NCBI GenBank assembly: GCA_016181005.1
Contig: JACPAE010000002.1
Location: forward strand, 123,682-187,681
DNA from: Candidatus Aenigmatarchaeota archaeon
GTDB lineage: Archaea; Aenigmatarchaeota; Aenigmatarchaeia; CG10238-14; SCSR01
Direction: 5' to 3'
Length of the DNA stretch: 64,000 nt
Position 1 is the stretch's first letter. Each line of letters begins with the position of its first letter. The notes below the pieces were generated by a model. It did not search any database, was not told the origin of the DNA, and was given only the letters and a program-made list of their open reading frames with translations. Positions 1-9,606 of the stretch are shown here, piece by piece. The position numbers and the translations under genes were made by a program.

Positions 1-1099
1 TTGCATTCAGATCGACATTGCCTGTATTCTTCACGTTTATATCAAATTCTACAAATTCTCCCTGGACAACAGATGCTGTTGGTACTGTGAAGGTTGCGCT
101 TACTGTTTTGAAGGACGGTGAGGCCAAGGCTGTAACTAGGAATTGTAATGAGGTGATTCTTTGGAAAAGGGACAGTCTAGATGTTATGCCATCCAAATCC
201 AACGATTGAGTTATCATTCTCGGATAAGTAATAAGCCTTTGTAGAGCTTCAGCAATTGAAAAGGAATCTGTGATTGAGCGCAAGACGGTTGCTATTCTGA
301 TTGAGATTTCTTCGAATGAAAATGAAGATTGGATGTTTCTTGAAAAGCTGATTATTCTTTGCGAGATTTCTGTGAAATCCATGGCATTTGTCGCTAATCT
401 TACATTGGTCAACAATGTCACTATGTTGTCAGTTAAATCAATGGCCAGAGTCGACGATATATTTGTGATAACGCTTGCCACTGCAGTTATTCTTTCAGTA
501 ATTGAAAGAGACTGGGAAACAGCTCTAATGAATGAGGCTAATCTTTGTGCGGTTTCTGAGAGGTCTATGGATTGGGTGATCTGTACAGCTTCTGTGAGGT
601 CGAATGATTGGGTTATGTTTCTAGGTATCCTCATAAAAGCCTGAATGGATTCTGCCAGATCGATAGACTGGGTTATGCTTCTGGCGAAGGATGCAAGGCG
701 GGTCATGGCATCAGTTATGTCGAGGGATTGGGTGATTTGGAATACACGGGTGGTGAAGGTTGAGATCGAGTCTGCCAGATCGATAGACTGGGTTATCGAA
801 TATAGACGGGTAACGAATGCCATGATGCTGTTTGTCAGGTTTATTGAATTCGTGAGGCTGCGGATGAACGAGACTAGATTTGAGGTTGTTTCTGTAAGAC
901 CTATCTCGATCGTGTTTAGTCTAATATTTGCCAGTAAATAGGTGATATTGTCAGTAATATCAAGAGATTGTGTTACTGAACGTGGAAAAGATTGTAAAGC
1001 AGCTGCAGTTATTCTTTCAGTAATTGAAAGAGACTGGGAAACAGCTCTAATGAATGAGGCTAATCTTTGTGCGGTTTCTGAGAGGTCTATGGATTGGGT
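1..1099 (-). CDS. C-terminal continuation (+1 frame) of the 20-aa repeat surface protein; runs off the window edge
   Basis: Frame open from 1099 to the edge: TQSIDLSETAQRLASFIRAVSQSLSITERIT...ITQSIDLADSISTFTTRVFQ...VVQGEFVEFDINVKNTGNVDLNA (Ig/CARDB-like start). Same repeats as the upstream ORF. Confidence 0.8.
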
Positions 1100-2040
1100 G
1101 AAGATCGATAGACTGGGTTATTTGCGCCAGCCTTGTGGTGAAGGTTGAGATAGAGTCTGCCAGATCGATGGATTGGGTTATGCTTCTGGCGAAGGATGCA
1201 AGGCGGGTCATGGCATCAGTTATGTCGAGGGATTGGGTTATGCTTCTGGCGAAGGATGCAAGGCGGGTTACTGACTCTGCGAGGTCGAATGATTGGGTTA
1301 TTGCCATAACTCTTATTATCAAGGCTTGTGTAGCATCGGTCAGATCGAAAGAATTGGTCAAATAGCGTGTATAAGACGAAATTGATGATATTCGATCGGC
1401 TACAGTAATTGAAAGAGTACTAGTTCGACTGATAAGAGGTACAATTACTGTATTTGTAATTCGCTCTGTCAAGCTGAACGACTGGGTTATGCTTCTGGCG
1501 AAGGATGCAAGGCGGGTTACTGACTCTGCGAGGTCGAATGATTGGGTGATTTGGAATACACGGGTGGTGAAGGTTGAGATCGAGTCTGCCAGATCGATAG
1601 ACTGGGTTATTTGCGCCAGCCTGATAGCGAATGTAGTTACGGTTTCTGCGAGGTCGAACGCCTGGGTAATTTGGCGTATGTATGAAGAGAGTGCTGCTAT
1701 ACGTTCTGTCAAATCAATCGACTGGGTCGTTTGGCGCAGGTACATGATTAGGGAGCTCATTGTCTCTGATAAATCTAACCCATTAACCGCATTTCTTATA
1801 TTTATAAAAATAGACCCCACTCTGTCCGTGGTTAAAAAAGAAGCGGTGCTAGTTCTTCCTACAATAGCTGATCTCTGATTGGGTGCAGTTAAAGTGAATG
1901 AGCTTGTTGATGCTCTGGTCAAGGCTTGTATAGACTCTCGTGTTTCCGATAAATCCAATCCGTTTGTTAGCCTTCTGTTGAAAGATATAAGTGCTGGTGA
2001 ATTTGGTGTTAATGTTATGGCATTGGTTGCAGTTCTTTTT
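130..2040 (-). repeat. Array of ~30 degenerate 60-bp (20-aa) coding repeats, several near-identical at DNA level
   Basis: Recurring blocks such as tgggttatgcttctggcgaaggatgcaaggcggg near 668, 1174, 1234 and 1483. Confidence 0.9.
481..1101. repeat. Exact 99-bp direct repeat (481-579 and 1003-1101)
   Basis: ctgcagttattctttcag...ctatggattgggtga is identical in both copies. Confidence 0.9.
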
Positions 2041-2660
2041 TCTGTTGCCCCAGCTGGCGTATAGTCTACAGTGACATTAAACCAGTCTATACGGCAACCG
2101 TCGGTTGATTCAAACAGTTCTCCTGCCGACATTACAGAAAGATTACCAGATGCATCAATAATATTTAGGGCTTGGGCATTGGTGGTGAAATTCATCATTC
2201 GTGTAACTTCTGTTTCAGTCGTATCTGTTGTTTGAGTCCACGCACCATTAGTGAAATTGGCGACTAGATTCTGGCATTCTTCATTATTTGTCGTCTGGGG
2301 GAATTCTTGCTGCTCAATATAAACAGCTATCCAGTTTATGGTGCTCGGAGTTTCGGCAATCGTGAAATTGGCTCTCAGAAAAGTTTCGTCGGCGGTTGAT
2401 ACGGTTTCACAGTAAATGTTATCTGAAGCACCCAAGCCTGTATAGCATGCCCCACTTCCATTGACACCATCCCATCCTGTTGTGAATGCAGGAGGAATTG
2501 TCATAGCTGTGCTATTTTTGTTGAAGAGATTTTGATTTATTACAGCAGATTTGCCATTCGCAGTGGAAAAGTTATAAACTGCTATAGCTGCTTCAACATC
2601 ATCAACGAAGGCAAAGACAGAAAGTAAGGCAATCATTATAATGAAAATTAATCCTTTCAT
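1047..2660 (-). CDS. Secreted Ser/Thr-rich protein with 20-aa repeats (N-terminal part, frameshifted at ~1100)
   Basis: ATG at 2660 overlaps the upstream stop (ATGA); signal peptide MKGLIFIIMIALLSVFAFVDDVEA; Cys-containing N-domain, then repeats such as ITQSFDLAESVTRLASFARS. Confidence 0.85.
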   Translation of the reverse strand: MKGLIFIIMIALLSVFAFVDDVEAAIAVYNFSTANGKSAVINQNLFNKNSTAMTIPPAFTTGWDGVNGSGACYTGLGASDNIYCETVSTADETFLRANFTIAETPSTINWIAVYIEQQEFPQTTNNEECQNLVANFTNGAWTQTTDTTETEVTRMMNFTTNAQALNIIDASGNLSVMSAGELFESTDGCRIDWFNVTVDYTPAGATEKRTATNAITLTPNSPALISFNRRLTNGLDLSETRESIQALTRASTSSFTLTAPNQRSAIVGRTSTASFLTTDRVGSIFINIRNAVNGLDLSETMSSLIMYLRQTTQSIDLTERIAALSSYIRQITQAFDLAETVTTFAIRLAQITQSIDLADSISTFTTRVFQITQSFDLAESVTRLASFARSITQSFSLTERITNTVIVPLISRTSTLSITVADRISSISSYTRYLTNSFDLTDATQALIIRVMAITQSFDLAESVTRLASFARSITQSLDITDAMTRLASFARSITQSIDLADSISTFTTRLAQITQSIDLHPIHRPLRNRTKISLIH

Positions 2661-2905
2661 TTTCTCAGCCTCTCCCACTCTTTTTTCAAATAGCAGAGGG
2701 TCGCGGCGCCTACTCTCCGCCTGTAGACAAGACCAGCACCTTCGAGCCAAAGGATGTGCTTGGTGGCCGTCTGCCTGTGCGCATCCGTTACTTTAGCCAA
2801 ATCCTCTATCGTAAGCCCTTCTGGGTGTTCTTTCAAAACTTCTACAAGTTTGTTCCTAAAATTCTCGCCATTATCACCATTACCAGACACTAAAGATATC
2901 ACCAT
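2657..2905 (-). CDS. Winged-HTH DNA-binding protein
   Basis: LVEVLKEHPEGLTIEDLAKVTDAHRQTATKHILWLEGAGLVYRRRVG; translationally coupled to the repeat protein. Confidence 0.8.
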   Translation of the reverse strand: MVISLVSGNGDNGENFRNKLVEVLKEHPEGLTIEDLAKVTDAHRQTATKHILWLEGAGLVYRRRVGAATLCYLKKEWERLRK

Positions 2906-3084
2906 TAATGTACATCATTAATTACTATTTGTTTTGCTTCAACTTAAAGGCTCACAAGGAAGGGAAAAAGGCATTACATGCATTTAATCAGAATAGAAGC
3001 TCAAGGCTTCCTTTGAGATAATTGATAAACTACTTTCCATAAGGGGTTAAGAATACTTTTAGTCAAGGGAATCAAATAATTATC

Positions 3085-5445
3085 ATGGGTAAGAGATTAA
3101 CCTTATATGTCTTTTGCAACATGCTTTTATTGGTTATAGTACCAAGCCTGGCTCAGAGCTATTCGCTTACTTACGAGACAGCTGGATTGGATACCTGGAA
3201 CGATAGCACACAGGTTGCAAATGGAGTCACGAAAGCTCAAGTTACTCTTCCATTTTCATTTAATTTCTTCGGCACCAGCTATTCCTCGGTGTGGGTTAAT
3301 GCAAATGGATTTATAGCGCCTGCTGTAGATTTAGGTGCGAATCCAACGATTGGCGAGTCGAATTTTAGAAAATCTAATATGATAGCTGTATTTTGGGGCG
3401 GAAGTTTTGAGGTTTTAAAAAATGAGTATTCCGACAGGGTAGTGTTTACATTTAATGGAAATTACCTAGGATGGCCAGTCACTGCGCAGGCTGTATTTTA
3501 CAGTAATGGGGATTTTAGATTACGCTATAGTAGTATTAACCAGGTTGTTGTTGATAATAATGCTTCGATTATCACGGGGGTCTCTAAAGGAGACGATGCA
3601 AGTTTTTATCATAATGACTGGGGTACAACTACACAAACTGCGTATTATAAGTATGTACCGCCTGCTGCTGCTACCACAACTACCGTTGCAGCTAAACTCG
3701 CCCCACAGATAATAAATTTCACTTCAACAGCGAATGTAACTAAAAGATCGCAAACAGTGGACTTTCTTTTCGGAATAAGCGATGATGTTTCAGTCGACCC
3801 CAACGCTATATCGGTATCCATAGTTCCAAAAGAGGGAAAGAGAGTTCTAATTGGTAGCCCTGTCCTTCGTTCAGGCAACGAAAAAACAGGCGTTTACAAT
3901 CTAACTTGGAAAGTGCCGAACAATATCACTCAAGGCCTGTACGATATAAAAGTTTTTGTCTGTGATAGTGCAGGGAACTGCAACATAGCCGCGACTGCTG
4001 GAAATCTGACTATTAATGCCACCCTATACTTCAACCTTAATGATAAATTGAAGGACTCCTACAACCAGACTGAAGAGATTAAGCTGAGTGGTGAGGTGGT
4101 TGACTTCTTGAACAACAGGGTGAAAGCAAATGTGACTTTGGATTTAATTTATCCTGGCGGTAAATACACTTTTAAAAACGCAACTGAATTCGGGAGGTAT
4201 GTGCTGAACTACAGAACAAGCCTGCTGGACGTGTTGGGAAATTGGACGATAGAGCTGAAAGCAACTGATGCTGATGGCAATGAAGGCACTCTTGTCAAGA
4301 AAGTAACCTTAAGGCAACCGCAGGCATTCTTTTACTACAGCGTAGTCTTCCTTTCACCTGTATCTGACGCAACTTATTACCGTGGCGAAAATGCCAGGAT
4401 TTCAGTAAAAGTCCTAGACCTTGACAAGCCTGTGGGGGATGCTGTAGTGAATTTAAAGCTGCCTACGGGCGAGTTGATACAGTTGAATGAAGTCTCTCCT
4501 GGGACAGGAATTTATCAGTCTTCGTATAGAATAAAATTCAAAGATCAGACAGGCAATTGGACTCTAGGCGTGGAAGGATTAAAGCAGACTGAAGCAGGAT
4601 TGTTTGCTGGATCGAATAGCATAGGAATAAATGTCAGGCATGTGGATTTGATAATTGATATTCTTTCGCCCGATAAAAATCGCTTTACAATAAATGAAAA
4701 TGTAAAAATTAAAGTAAAAGTTACTTATCCTGATAACTCGCTAGCCTCTGGAATAACTCTAAATGCAACTCCAGTGAAGAAAGCTTTGGCTTTAGTGGAA
4801 ACTGAACCGGGTATCTATGAAGCAAAATACAGATTCTCCCAGCAGGATGAAGGCAGACGCTCTCTGAGAATATTTGCATTGGATCCTTACGATAACTTGG
4901 CTTTTGTTGAAAAATCTATTTTTGTCGTACAGCCGACTATAGTCGATTTTCTTATGCAGCTGTGGTATATAACAGTCCCGGGCATTGGAGTGGTGCTGTA
5001 TTTAGTTGCGCGCACAAAATCTCCGACTATCATGCTGAAATATTACAATCAAAGGCTGAAAAATCTGGAGAATCTCAAGAAATCCACACAGGAAAAATAT
5101 TTTGTGGGGGACGGCATAGACGAGCCAACATTCAGAAGATTGGTGCAGGATACTGATAGGAAGGTTATAGAAGTCAAAACAAAAATAAAAGATTTGGAAG
5201 CTAGAATAGTGCAGCAAAAACAGACAGGTATTCCGGAGATTAAGGCTGTAGGAACCACTTTCTCGAATCTTAATCAGAGCTTGGAAAAGTTGGTGAGAGT
5301 GTACAAAAGGGGGGTAAAGGATGCAGCTGGAAAAAAGGAGCAAAAGAAAGAAGAGAAAGCTGATGAAAAGGCAGCGGAAAAATCAACTAGACAAAAAGGG
5401 AAAGAAACAGCTGATTTAAAGTCAAGCAAGAAGAAGGAAAGCTAA
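3085..5445 (+). CDS. Large cell-surface protein (NIDO-like N-domain, tandem Ig-like domains, C-terminal TM and coiled-coil tail)
   Basis: Signal peptide; LPFSFNFFGTSYSSVWVNANGFI; repeated GxY/GNWT beta motifs; TM LWYITVPGIGVVLYLVA. Confidence 0.8.
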   Translation: MGKRLTLYVFCNMLLLVIVPSLAQSYSLTYETAGLDTWNDSTQVANGVTKAQVTLPFSFNFFGTSYSSVWVNANGFIAPAVDLGANPTIGESNFRKSNMIAVFWGGSFEVLKNEYSDRVVFTFNGNYLGWPVTAQAVFYSNGDFRLRYSSINQVVVDNNASIITGVSKGDDASFYHNDWGTTTQTAYYKYVPPAAATTTTVAAKLAPQIINFTSTANVTKRSQTVDFLFGISDDVSVDPNAISVSIVPKEGKRVLIGSPVLRSGNEKTGVYNLTWKVPNNITQGLYDIKVFVCDSAGNCNIAATAGNLTINATLYFNLNDKLKDSYNQTEEIKLSGEVVDFLNNRVKANVTLDLIYPGGKYTFKNATEFGRYVLNYRTSLLDVLGNWTIELKATDADGNEGTLVKKVTLRQPQAFFYYSVVFLSPVSDATYYRGENARISVKVLDLDKPVGDAVVNLKLPTGELIQLNEVSPGTGIYQSSYRIKFKDQTGNWTLGVEGLKQTEAGLFAGSNSIGINVRHVDLIIDILSPDKNRFTINENVKIKVKVTYPDNSLASGITLNATPVKKALALVETEPGIYEAKYRFSQQDEGRRSLRIFALDPYDNLAFVEKSIFVVQPTIVDFLMQLWYITVPGIGVVLYLVARTKSPTIMLKYYNQRLKNLENLKKSTQEKYFVGDGIDEPTFRRLVQDTDRKVIEVKTKIKDLEARIVQQKQTGIPEIKAVGTTFSNLNQSLEKLVRVYKRGVKDAAGKKEQKKEEKADEKAAEKSTRQKGKETADLKSSKKKES

Positions 5446-5456
5446 ACGGTGATTAA

Positions 5457-6224
5457 TTGGAAGAAAAGAAAAAATCAGAAGGGGGAAAAACAAACAGAGT
5501 TAGAATCGGTGTACAAGGCTTTGATGAGTTAATTGAAGGCGGTGTTGAAAGAAATAGCGTTATTTTGGTGGCGGGTGGTACTGGAACCGGAAAAACAAGT
5601 TTCTGCACGCAATTTCTCCATTATGGAGCGCATGAAGGTGGAAAAGGTCTTTACATAAGCTTTGAAGAACCTCCTGAGCAAGTGTTGAGGCACGCCAATT
5701 CATTCTGCCAAGACTGCAAAGTACATCCTGAGAAGAGCAACATAATATTCCAAAAAGTTGATGTTTACAGGATAGCTAAAGCGGTTGAGGCTTCTATACT
5801 GAAGGCCAAGGGCGAATTGCTTATAGATGTCAAAGACCTGCCGGTAATGATTCCGCATGATTTCAAGCCTGATAGAATCGTCGTAGATTCCCTTCCTGCA
5901 TTGTCAGCTGTGTTCAAGGAAGAAGAATATAGGTATTTTGTTTTCAAATTCTTCTCGTTCCTCAAGTCGACAGGTGCGACAGTCCTTGCAATAACCGAAA
6001 CCACACAAGACCCTAGTGAATTCAGCAGAAGTGGTATAGAAGAATTTCTTGGCGATGGTGTAGTTGTTCTATATAATATCAAGCAGGGAGACATCAGGGC
6101 AAGGGCTGTAGAAATTTTAAAGATGAGGGGAACTAGGCACAAGGAAAAGATTGTGCCGTTTAAGATAACGGACAAGGGCATTGAAGTCTATCCAGACCAG
6201 AGCATATTGATGCAAGTAGAGTAA
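5457..6224 (+). CDS. KaiC-like (RecA superfamily) ATPase, single domain
   Basis: GFDELIEGG, Walker A GGTGTGKT, YISFEE, IVVDS, EILKMRG. Confidence 0.9.
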   Translation: MEEKKKSEGGKTNRVRIGVQGFDELIEGGVERNSVILVAGGTGTGKTSFCTQFLHYGAHEGGKGLYISFEEPPEQVLRHANSFCQDCKVHPEKSNIIFQKVDVYRIAKAVEASILKAKGELLIDVKDLPVMIPHDFKPDRIVVDSLPALSAVFKEEEYRYFVFKFFSFLKSTGATVLAITETTQDPSEFSRSGIEEFLGDGVVVLYNIKQGDIRARAVEILKMRGTRHKEKIVPFKITDKGIEVYPDQSILMQVE

Positions 6225-6515
6225 TCATGCGCTTTCTCTGACGCCAATTCCCTGGACTACATTGACCTGGAATGTCTGAGTCTCCCTGGTCTGGTTTTGC
6301 GTCGCGTTTTCAACAGTGGTGATGTTTGTCTCTACTTTTTCTTGAATATCGGGCTGTACTGTTGAAGGTGAAGGCTGCCGAATAACTGTGGATTCTATAG
6401 ATTCTGCATTTCCTTGCGTTGCATTATCTGGGCTTGGCAGTGCATTTTCTTGGAGTGAAGAACAACCGCTAAGCAGAATTATCACGAAAATAAACAAACT
6501 AAATTCAAATCTCAT
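6225..6515 (-). CDS. Small lipoprotein with low-complexity linker
   Basis: Lipobox LLSGC; S/T/Q/P-rich linker; C-terminal FQVNVVQGIGVRESA. Confidence 0.75.
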   Translation of the reverse strand: MRFEFSLFIFVIILLSGCSSLQENALPSPDNATQGNAESIESTVIRQPSPSTVQPDIQEKVETNITTVENATQNQTRETQTFQVNVVQGIGVRESA

Positions 6516-6554
6516 ATTATGAATAATATCTTTGTTTTAAAAGCTTTGAAAAGT

Positions 6555-7184
6555 TTAGACTACCCAGATGAACCAAGTGACATTGATCTTGTCATTTATC
6601 TGCAATGTCGCAGTTGTGAACGTATTCTGGGCGAAGAATATCTCTCTTGTCTGGTTTACAGTCGTAGTATTGAAAAGGCCAGTTGCGTTGACGTCAAGCG
6701 CCCCGCTGCCCGTATTTGTGAATTCAGCGGTAACTGACCAGTTACCCACTGCAGATGCCGCGCCTGTCTGGTTCAATCTCACAGTCCCTGATGCCCTGGC
6801 CAAACCCGAATGATCATATTCACCGCATAAAAATGTATTTGCATGGTCTTGAGCTGGTATGCATTGGTTGCCGCCTGGTCCGCCGCTTTTGTTGGAAAGT
6901 GCTATGTCATCGATTGGGCTCAAAGTTTCTCCTTGGAATGTCAATGCAGCCAATGTCGCATTCATGCCATCATCATTGAAGAGATTAGGATTGCAATCCC
7001 ATTGCGTCCATTCCGTTTCGCCCGCTCTTTGGATGTAAGTGCACTGGACAGCATGATATTCTAATGCCGTTGTACCGTCTCCTTCAGTTCCCACAGATCC
7101 CAATGGAGCAGAGAATAGTGCAAAACCCGCTACAAAAGATACTATAGCAACCACTGCAATTAGAGGTAAAAATTGAAAGTTCAT
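6555..7184 (-). CDS. Exported beta-rich protein resembling phage tail-collar/fibre-associated proteins
   Basis: N-terminal hydrophobic segment; pattern NLFNDDG..IAL..GE..GLARA..EFT..V..GLFN..F..F....L...DKINVTW recalled from phage tail-module proteins. Confidence 0.6.
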   Translation of the reverse strand: MNFQFLPLIAVVAIVSFVAGFALFSAPLGSVGTEGDGTTALEYHAVQCTYIQRAGETEWTQWDCNPNLFNDDGMNATLAALTFQGETLSPIDDIALSNKSGGPGGNQCIPAQDHANTFLCGEYDHSGLARASGTVRLNQTGAASAVGNWSVTAEFTNTGSGALDVNATGLFNTTTVNQTREIFFAQNTFTTATLQINDKINVTWFIWVV

Positions 7185-7238
7185 CTTCCCTATCTTTAAT
7201 TTAATTTCCTCCCTTAAATACTTTTGGGGAGTTTGAAC

Positions 7239-7754
7239 CTAGTTCTGCCTGAATTCTATGTACGCGACCAAAAGCCCCAACGGTATGCTGGACGGGTCGT
7301 TTGAGAGCAGAAATGCCACCAAAGCGAAAAGCGCTCCTATTCCCAGCGACTTGGCCAACCTTATCCAGATGTTGGGCTTTGAGAATTGCACTTTCGGTGC
7401 AGCTATCTTCATTTTTGTTTGCCTCCTTTCAATTATAATGATTACAGCAGTTAAAACTATTGTGAATGCGTAGAGAGACCAGAAAAATATGGTATTCATT
7501 GCCTTCAAATCGCCGAACCCCTGCGCATAATTGGGAAGATTAACAAGGCCGAACAGGTACGGGCTTGTGGCCCTTGTCACTTTCACTGTCACAGCCTGAC
7601 CCACGCCTATCACTTCGCCGAATCCGCTTTTGCTATTGTTTGGAGTTTCCCTAACAGCCGTTAGAGTGTCCTCAAGCGAGTTTATGACATTCGCATAGAT
7701 AAGAACAAGGAGAATGAAAATCACAGGAACCGCAATCAATTTTTGATATCTCAT
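7239..7754 (-). CDS. Multi-pass membrane protein, unknown function
   Basis: About four hydrophobic segments; loop FGEVIGVGQAVTVKVTR. Confidence 0.7.
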   Translation of the reverse strand: MRYQKLIAVPVIFILLVLIYANVINSLEDTLTAVRETPNNSKSGFGEVIGVGQAVTVKVTRATSPYLFGLVNLPNYAQGFGDLKAMNTIFFWSLYAFTIVLTAVIIIIERRQTKMKIAAPKVQFSKPNIWIRLAKSLGIGALFALVAFLLSNDPSSIPLGLLVAYIEFRQN

Positions 7755-7828
7755 CAGATTCCCTACTGAGACTTAGTTCGCATTTTAAACTTTTTAAATG
7801 CCAGTCACTTAGATATAACAGTGGATTT

Positions 7829-8215
7829 ATGCTACAAGACCCTTTGGCAGATGCGCTGACCGCAATAAAGAACGGCGACAGGATAGGGAAGAAGGAATGC
7901 ATAGTCAAATCTTCAAAGCTGCTTGAAAGCATCCTTAAGGTAATGCAGGAGAACAACTACATCGGACAGTTCGAAAGGATGGAGGACGGCAGAGGCGGTA
8001 AGTTCAAGATTGAATTGAAGGGGAGTGTCATAGACACGAAAGTTGTAAAGCCGAGATTTTCAGTTGCGAGGGACGAGTTCGAAAAATGGGAGAAGAGGTA
8101 CTTGCCGTCCAGGCAGATGGGTCTGCTGATTTTGTCGACCTCTAAAGGCGTGATGGCGCACAGCAAGGCAAAGGAGCTGAACATAGGCGGAAGACTGCTT
8201 TCTTATGTTTACTGA
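7829..8215 (+). CDS. rps8: 30S ribosomal protein S8
   Basis: MLQDPLADALTAIKN...GLLILSTSKGVM...IGGRLLSYVY. Confidence 0.97.
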   Translation: MLQDPLADALTAIKNGDRIGKKECIVKSSKLLESILKVMQENNYIGQFERMEDGRGGKFKIELKGSVIDTKVVKPRFSVARDEFEKWEKRYLPSRQMGLLILSTSKGVMAHSKAKELNIGGRLLSYVY

Positions 8216-8223
8216 GTGGTTTT

Positions 8224-8748
8224 ATGTACTCCAAGGAAATCAAAGTGCCCGAAGGAATTACGGTTGGTGTTGACGGCGGCAAAGTTACTGTCACGGGCCC
8301 GAAAGGGGAGTTGAGCAGGACCTTCAAGACCGCATATGGCACCAAGATAAGTAAGGCAGAGAATAAAATTGTAGCTACGTCCGAATCTGAGAACAGAAAG
8401 GCAAAGGCGTTGGTCGGAACTCTGGCTGCGCATATAAGGAACATGATCAAAGGCGTGTCGGACGGCTATACATACAGGATGAAAATCATATACAGCCACT
8501 TTCCAATGACCGTGAAGGTGGAGGGCGGAAAAGTTGTTATACAAAATTTTCTGGGAGAGCGGACGACAAGGACCGCGAAGATTGTGGGCAATACTGAGGT
8601 GAAGGTACAGGGACAGGATGTTACTGTCATAGGAATAGATCCTGAAGAGACAGGGCAGACCTCGGGCAACATTGAGCTCGCAACAAGAATAGTTGGCTAC
8701 GATCGACGTAGGTTCAATGACGGCATATACATAACGGGCAAGGAATGA
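8224..8748 (+). CDS. rpl6: 50S ribosomal protein L6
   Basis: VTGPKGEL, HIRNMIKGV, YSHFP, NFLGE, DRRRFNDGIY. Confidence 0.97.
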   Translation: MYSKEIKVPEGITVGVDGGKVTVTGPKGELSRTFKTAYGTKISKAENKIVATSESENRKAKALVGTLAAHIRNMIKGVSDGYTYRMKIIYSHFPMTVKVEGGKVVIQNFLGERTTRTAKIVGNTEVKVQGQDVTVIGIDPEETGQTSGNIELATRIVGYDRRRFNDGIYITGKE

Positions 8749-9095
8749 GCATGGTGAATCCAAGAAAAAGACCGGAATTTCCAAGATGGCCGTCCAAGAG
8801 CATAAGGAGCTTGAAGCCGGCGTGGAGAAAGCAGCATGGCATTAATTCAAAGATTAGAATAAAGAGAGGGGGCAAGCAGCCTGTGCCTTCTATCAGTTAT
8901 GGCGCTCCAAGGAATTTGAGGTATCTGCATCCTTCCCGCATGATGGAAGTTCGTATCCACAATGTTGCTGAACTCGGCAAGGTGAATCCGGAAAAGGAGG
9001 CTGTGAAGATTGCTTCGACTGTAGGCGCAAAGAAGCGCAAGGAGATAATCGAAAAGTCGCAAGCGCTGAAGATAAAGGTCTTGAATCCCCGATAG
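8745..9095 (+). CDS. rpl32e: 50S ribosomal protein L32e
   Basis: WRKQHGINSKIR, RYLHPS, VGAKKR; operon position. Confidence 0.95.
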   Translation: MSMVNPRKRPEFPRWPSKSIRSLKPAWRKQHGINSKIRIKRGGKQPVPSISYGAPRNLRYLHPSRMMEVRIHNVAELGKVNPEKEAVKIASTVGAKKRKEIIEKSQALKIKVLNPR

Positions 9096-9176
9096 AAAAT
9101 CCGCTACTCTCAATTCTATACTCCACTCTTGCGAAAACATTTAAATCCTACTTTTCAGAATTAATCAAGTGACTTT

Positions 9177-9602
9177 ATGGCAAGCGTTCAGAAAAAGCTG
9201 GCGGCAAGGGTGTTGAAGATTGGGCAGTCCAGAATATGGCTTAACCCGGAAAAGATGAAGGACATTGAAAAGGCGATAACAAAGTGGGACATAAGGAAGC
9301 TCGAGAAGAAGGGCGACATCAAGGAATTGCCGGAGAAGATAAGAGGACCTTCTAGAAAAGGAAAGGGCAGGAGGAGAGCAGGCAGCAAAAAGGGGAAGAA
9401 ATACGCGATTATATCGAGGAAGAGAAGGTGGATAACTGCCGTGAGGCCGCAGAGGAGGATGATAAGGGACTTGAAAGCGTCTGGCCAGCTGGAAAACTCC
9501 ACCTATAGAAAATTATACAAACTGATCAAGGGCGGCATGTTCAGAAGCAGGTCGCACTTGAAGCTCTATATAGAGCAGAACAGGATGCTAAAGGTCGAGT
9601 GA
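9177..9602 (+). CDS. rpl19e: 50S ribosomal protein L19e
   Basis: QKKLAARVLKIGQSRIW, YRKLYKLIKGGMFRS. Confidence 0.95.
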   Translation: MASVQKKLAARVLKIGQSRIWLNPEKMKDIEKAITKWDIRKLEKKGDIKELPEKIRGPSRKGKGRRRAGSKKGKKYAIISRKRRWITAVRPQRRMIRDLKASGQLENSTYRKLYKLIKGGMFRSRSHLKLYIEQNRMLKVE

Positions 9603-9606
9603 TTTT

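Noticed and set aside
480-1680. CRISPR array or DGR template/variable repeat
   Set aside because: Repeats are in-frame coding units without unique spacers; no cas or reverse transcriptase gene, and no evident adenine-specific mismatch pattern
18-2064. Series of plus-strand ORFs with repeated SARSIDWV motifs
   Set aside because: Antisense shadows of the minus-strand repeat protein
6555-7184. Prophage
   Set aside because: Only one phage-like gene, with an export segment; no capsid, terminase, portal or integrase nearby
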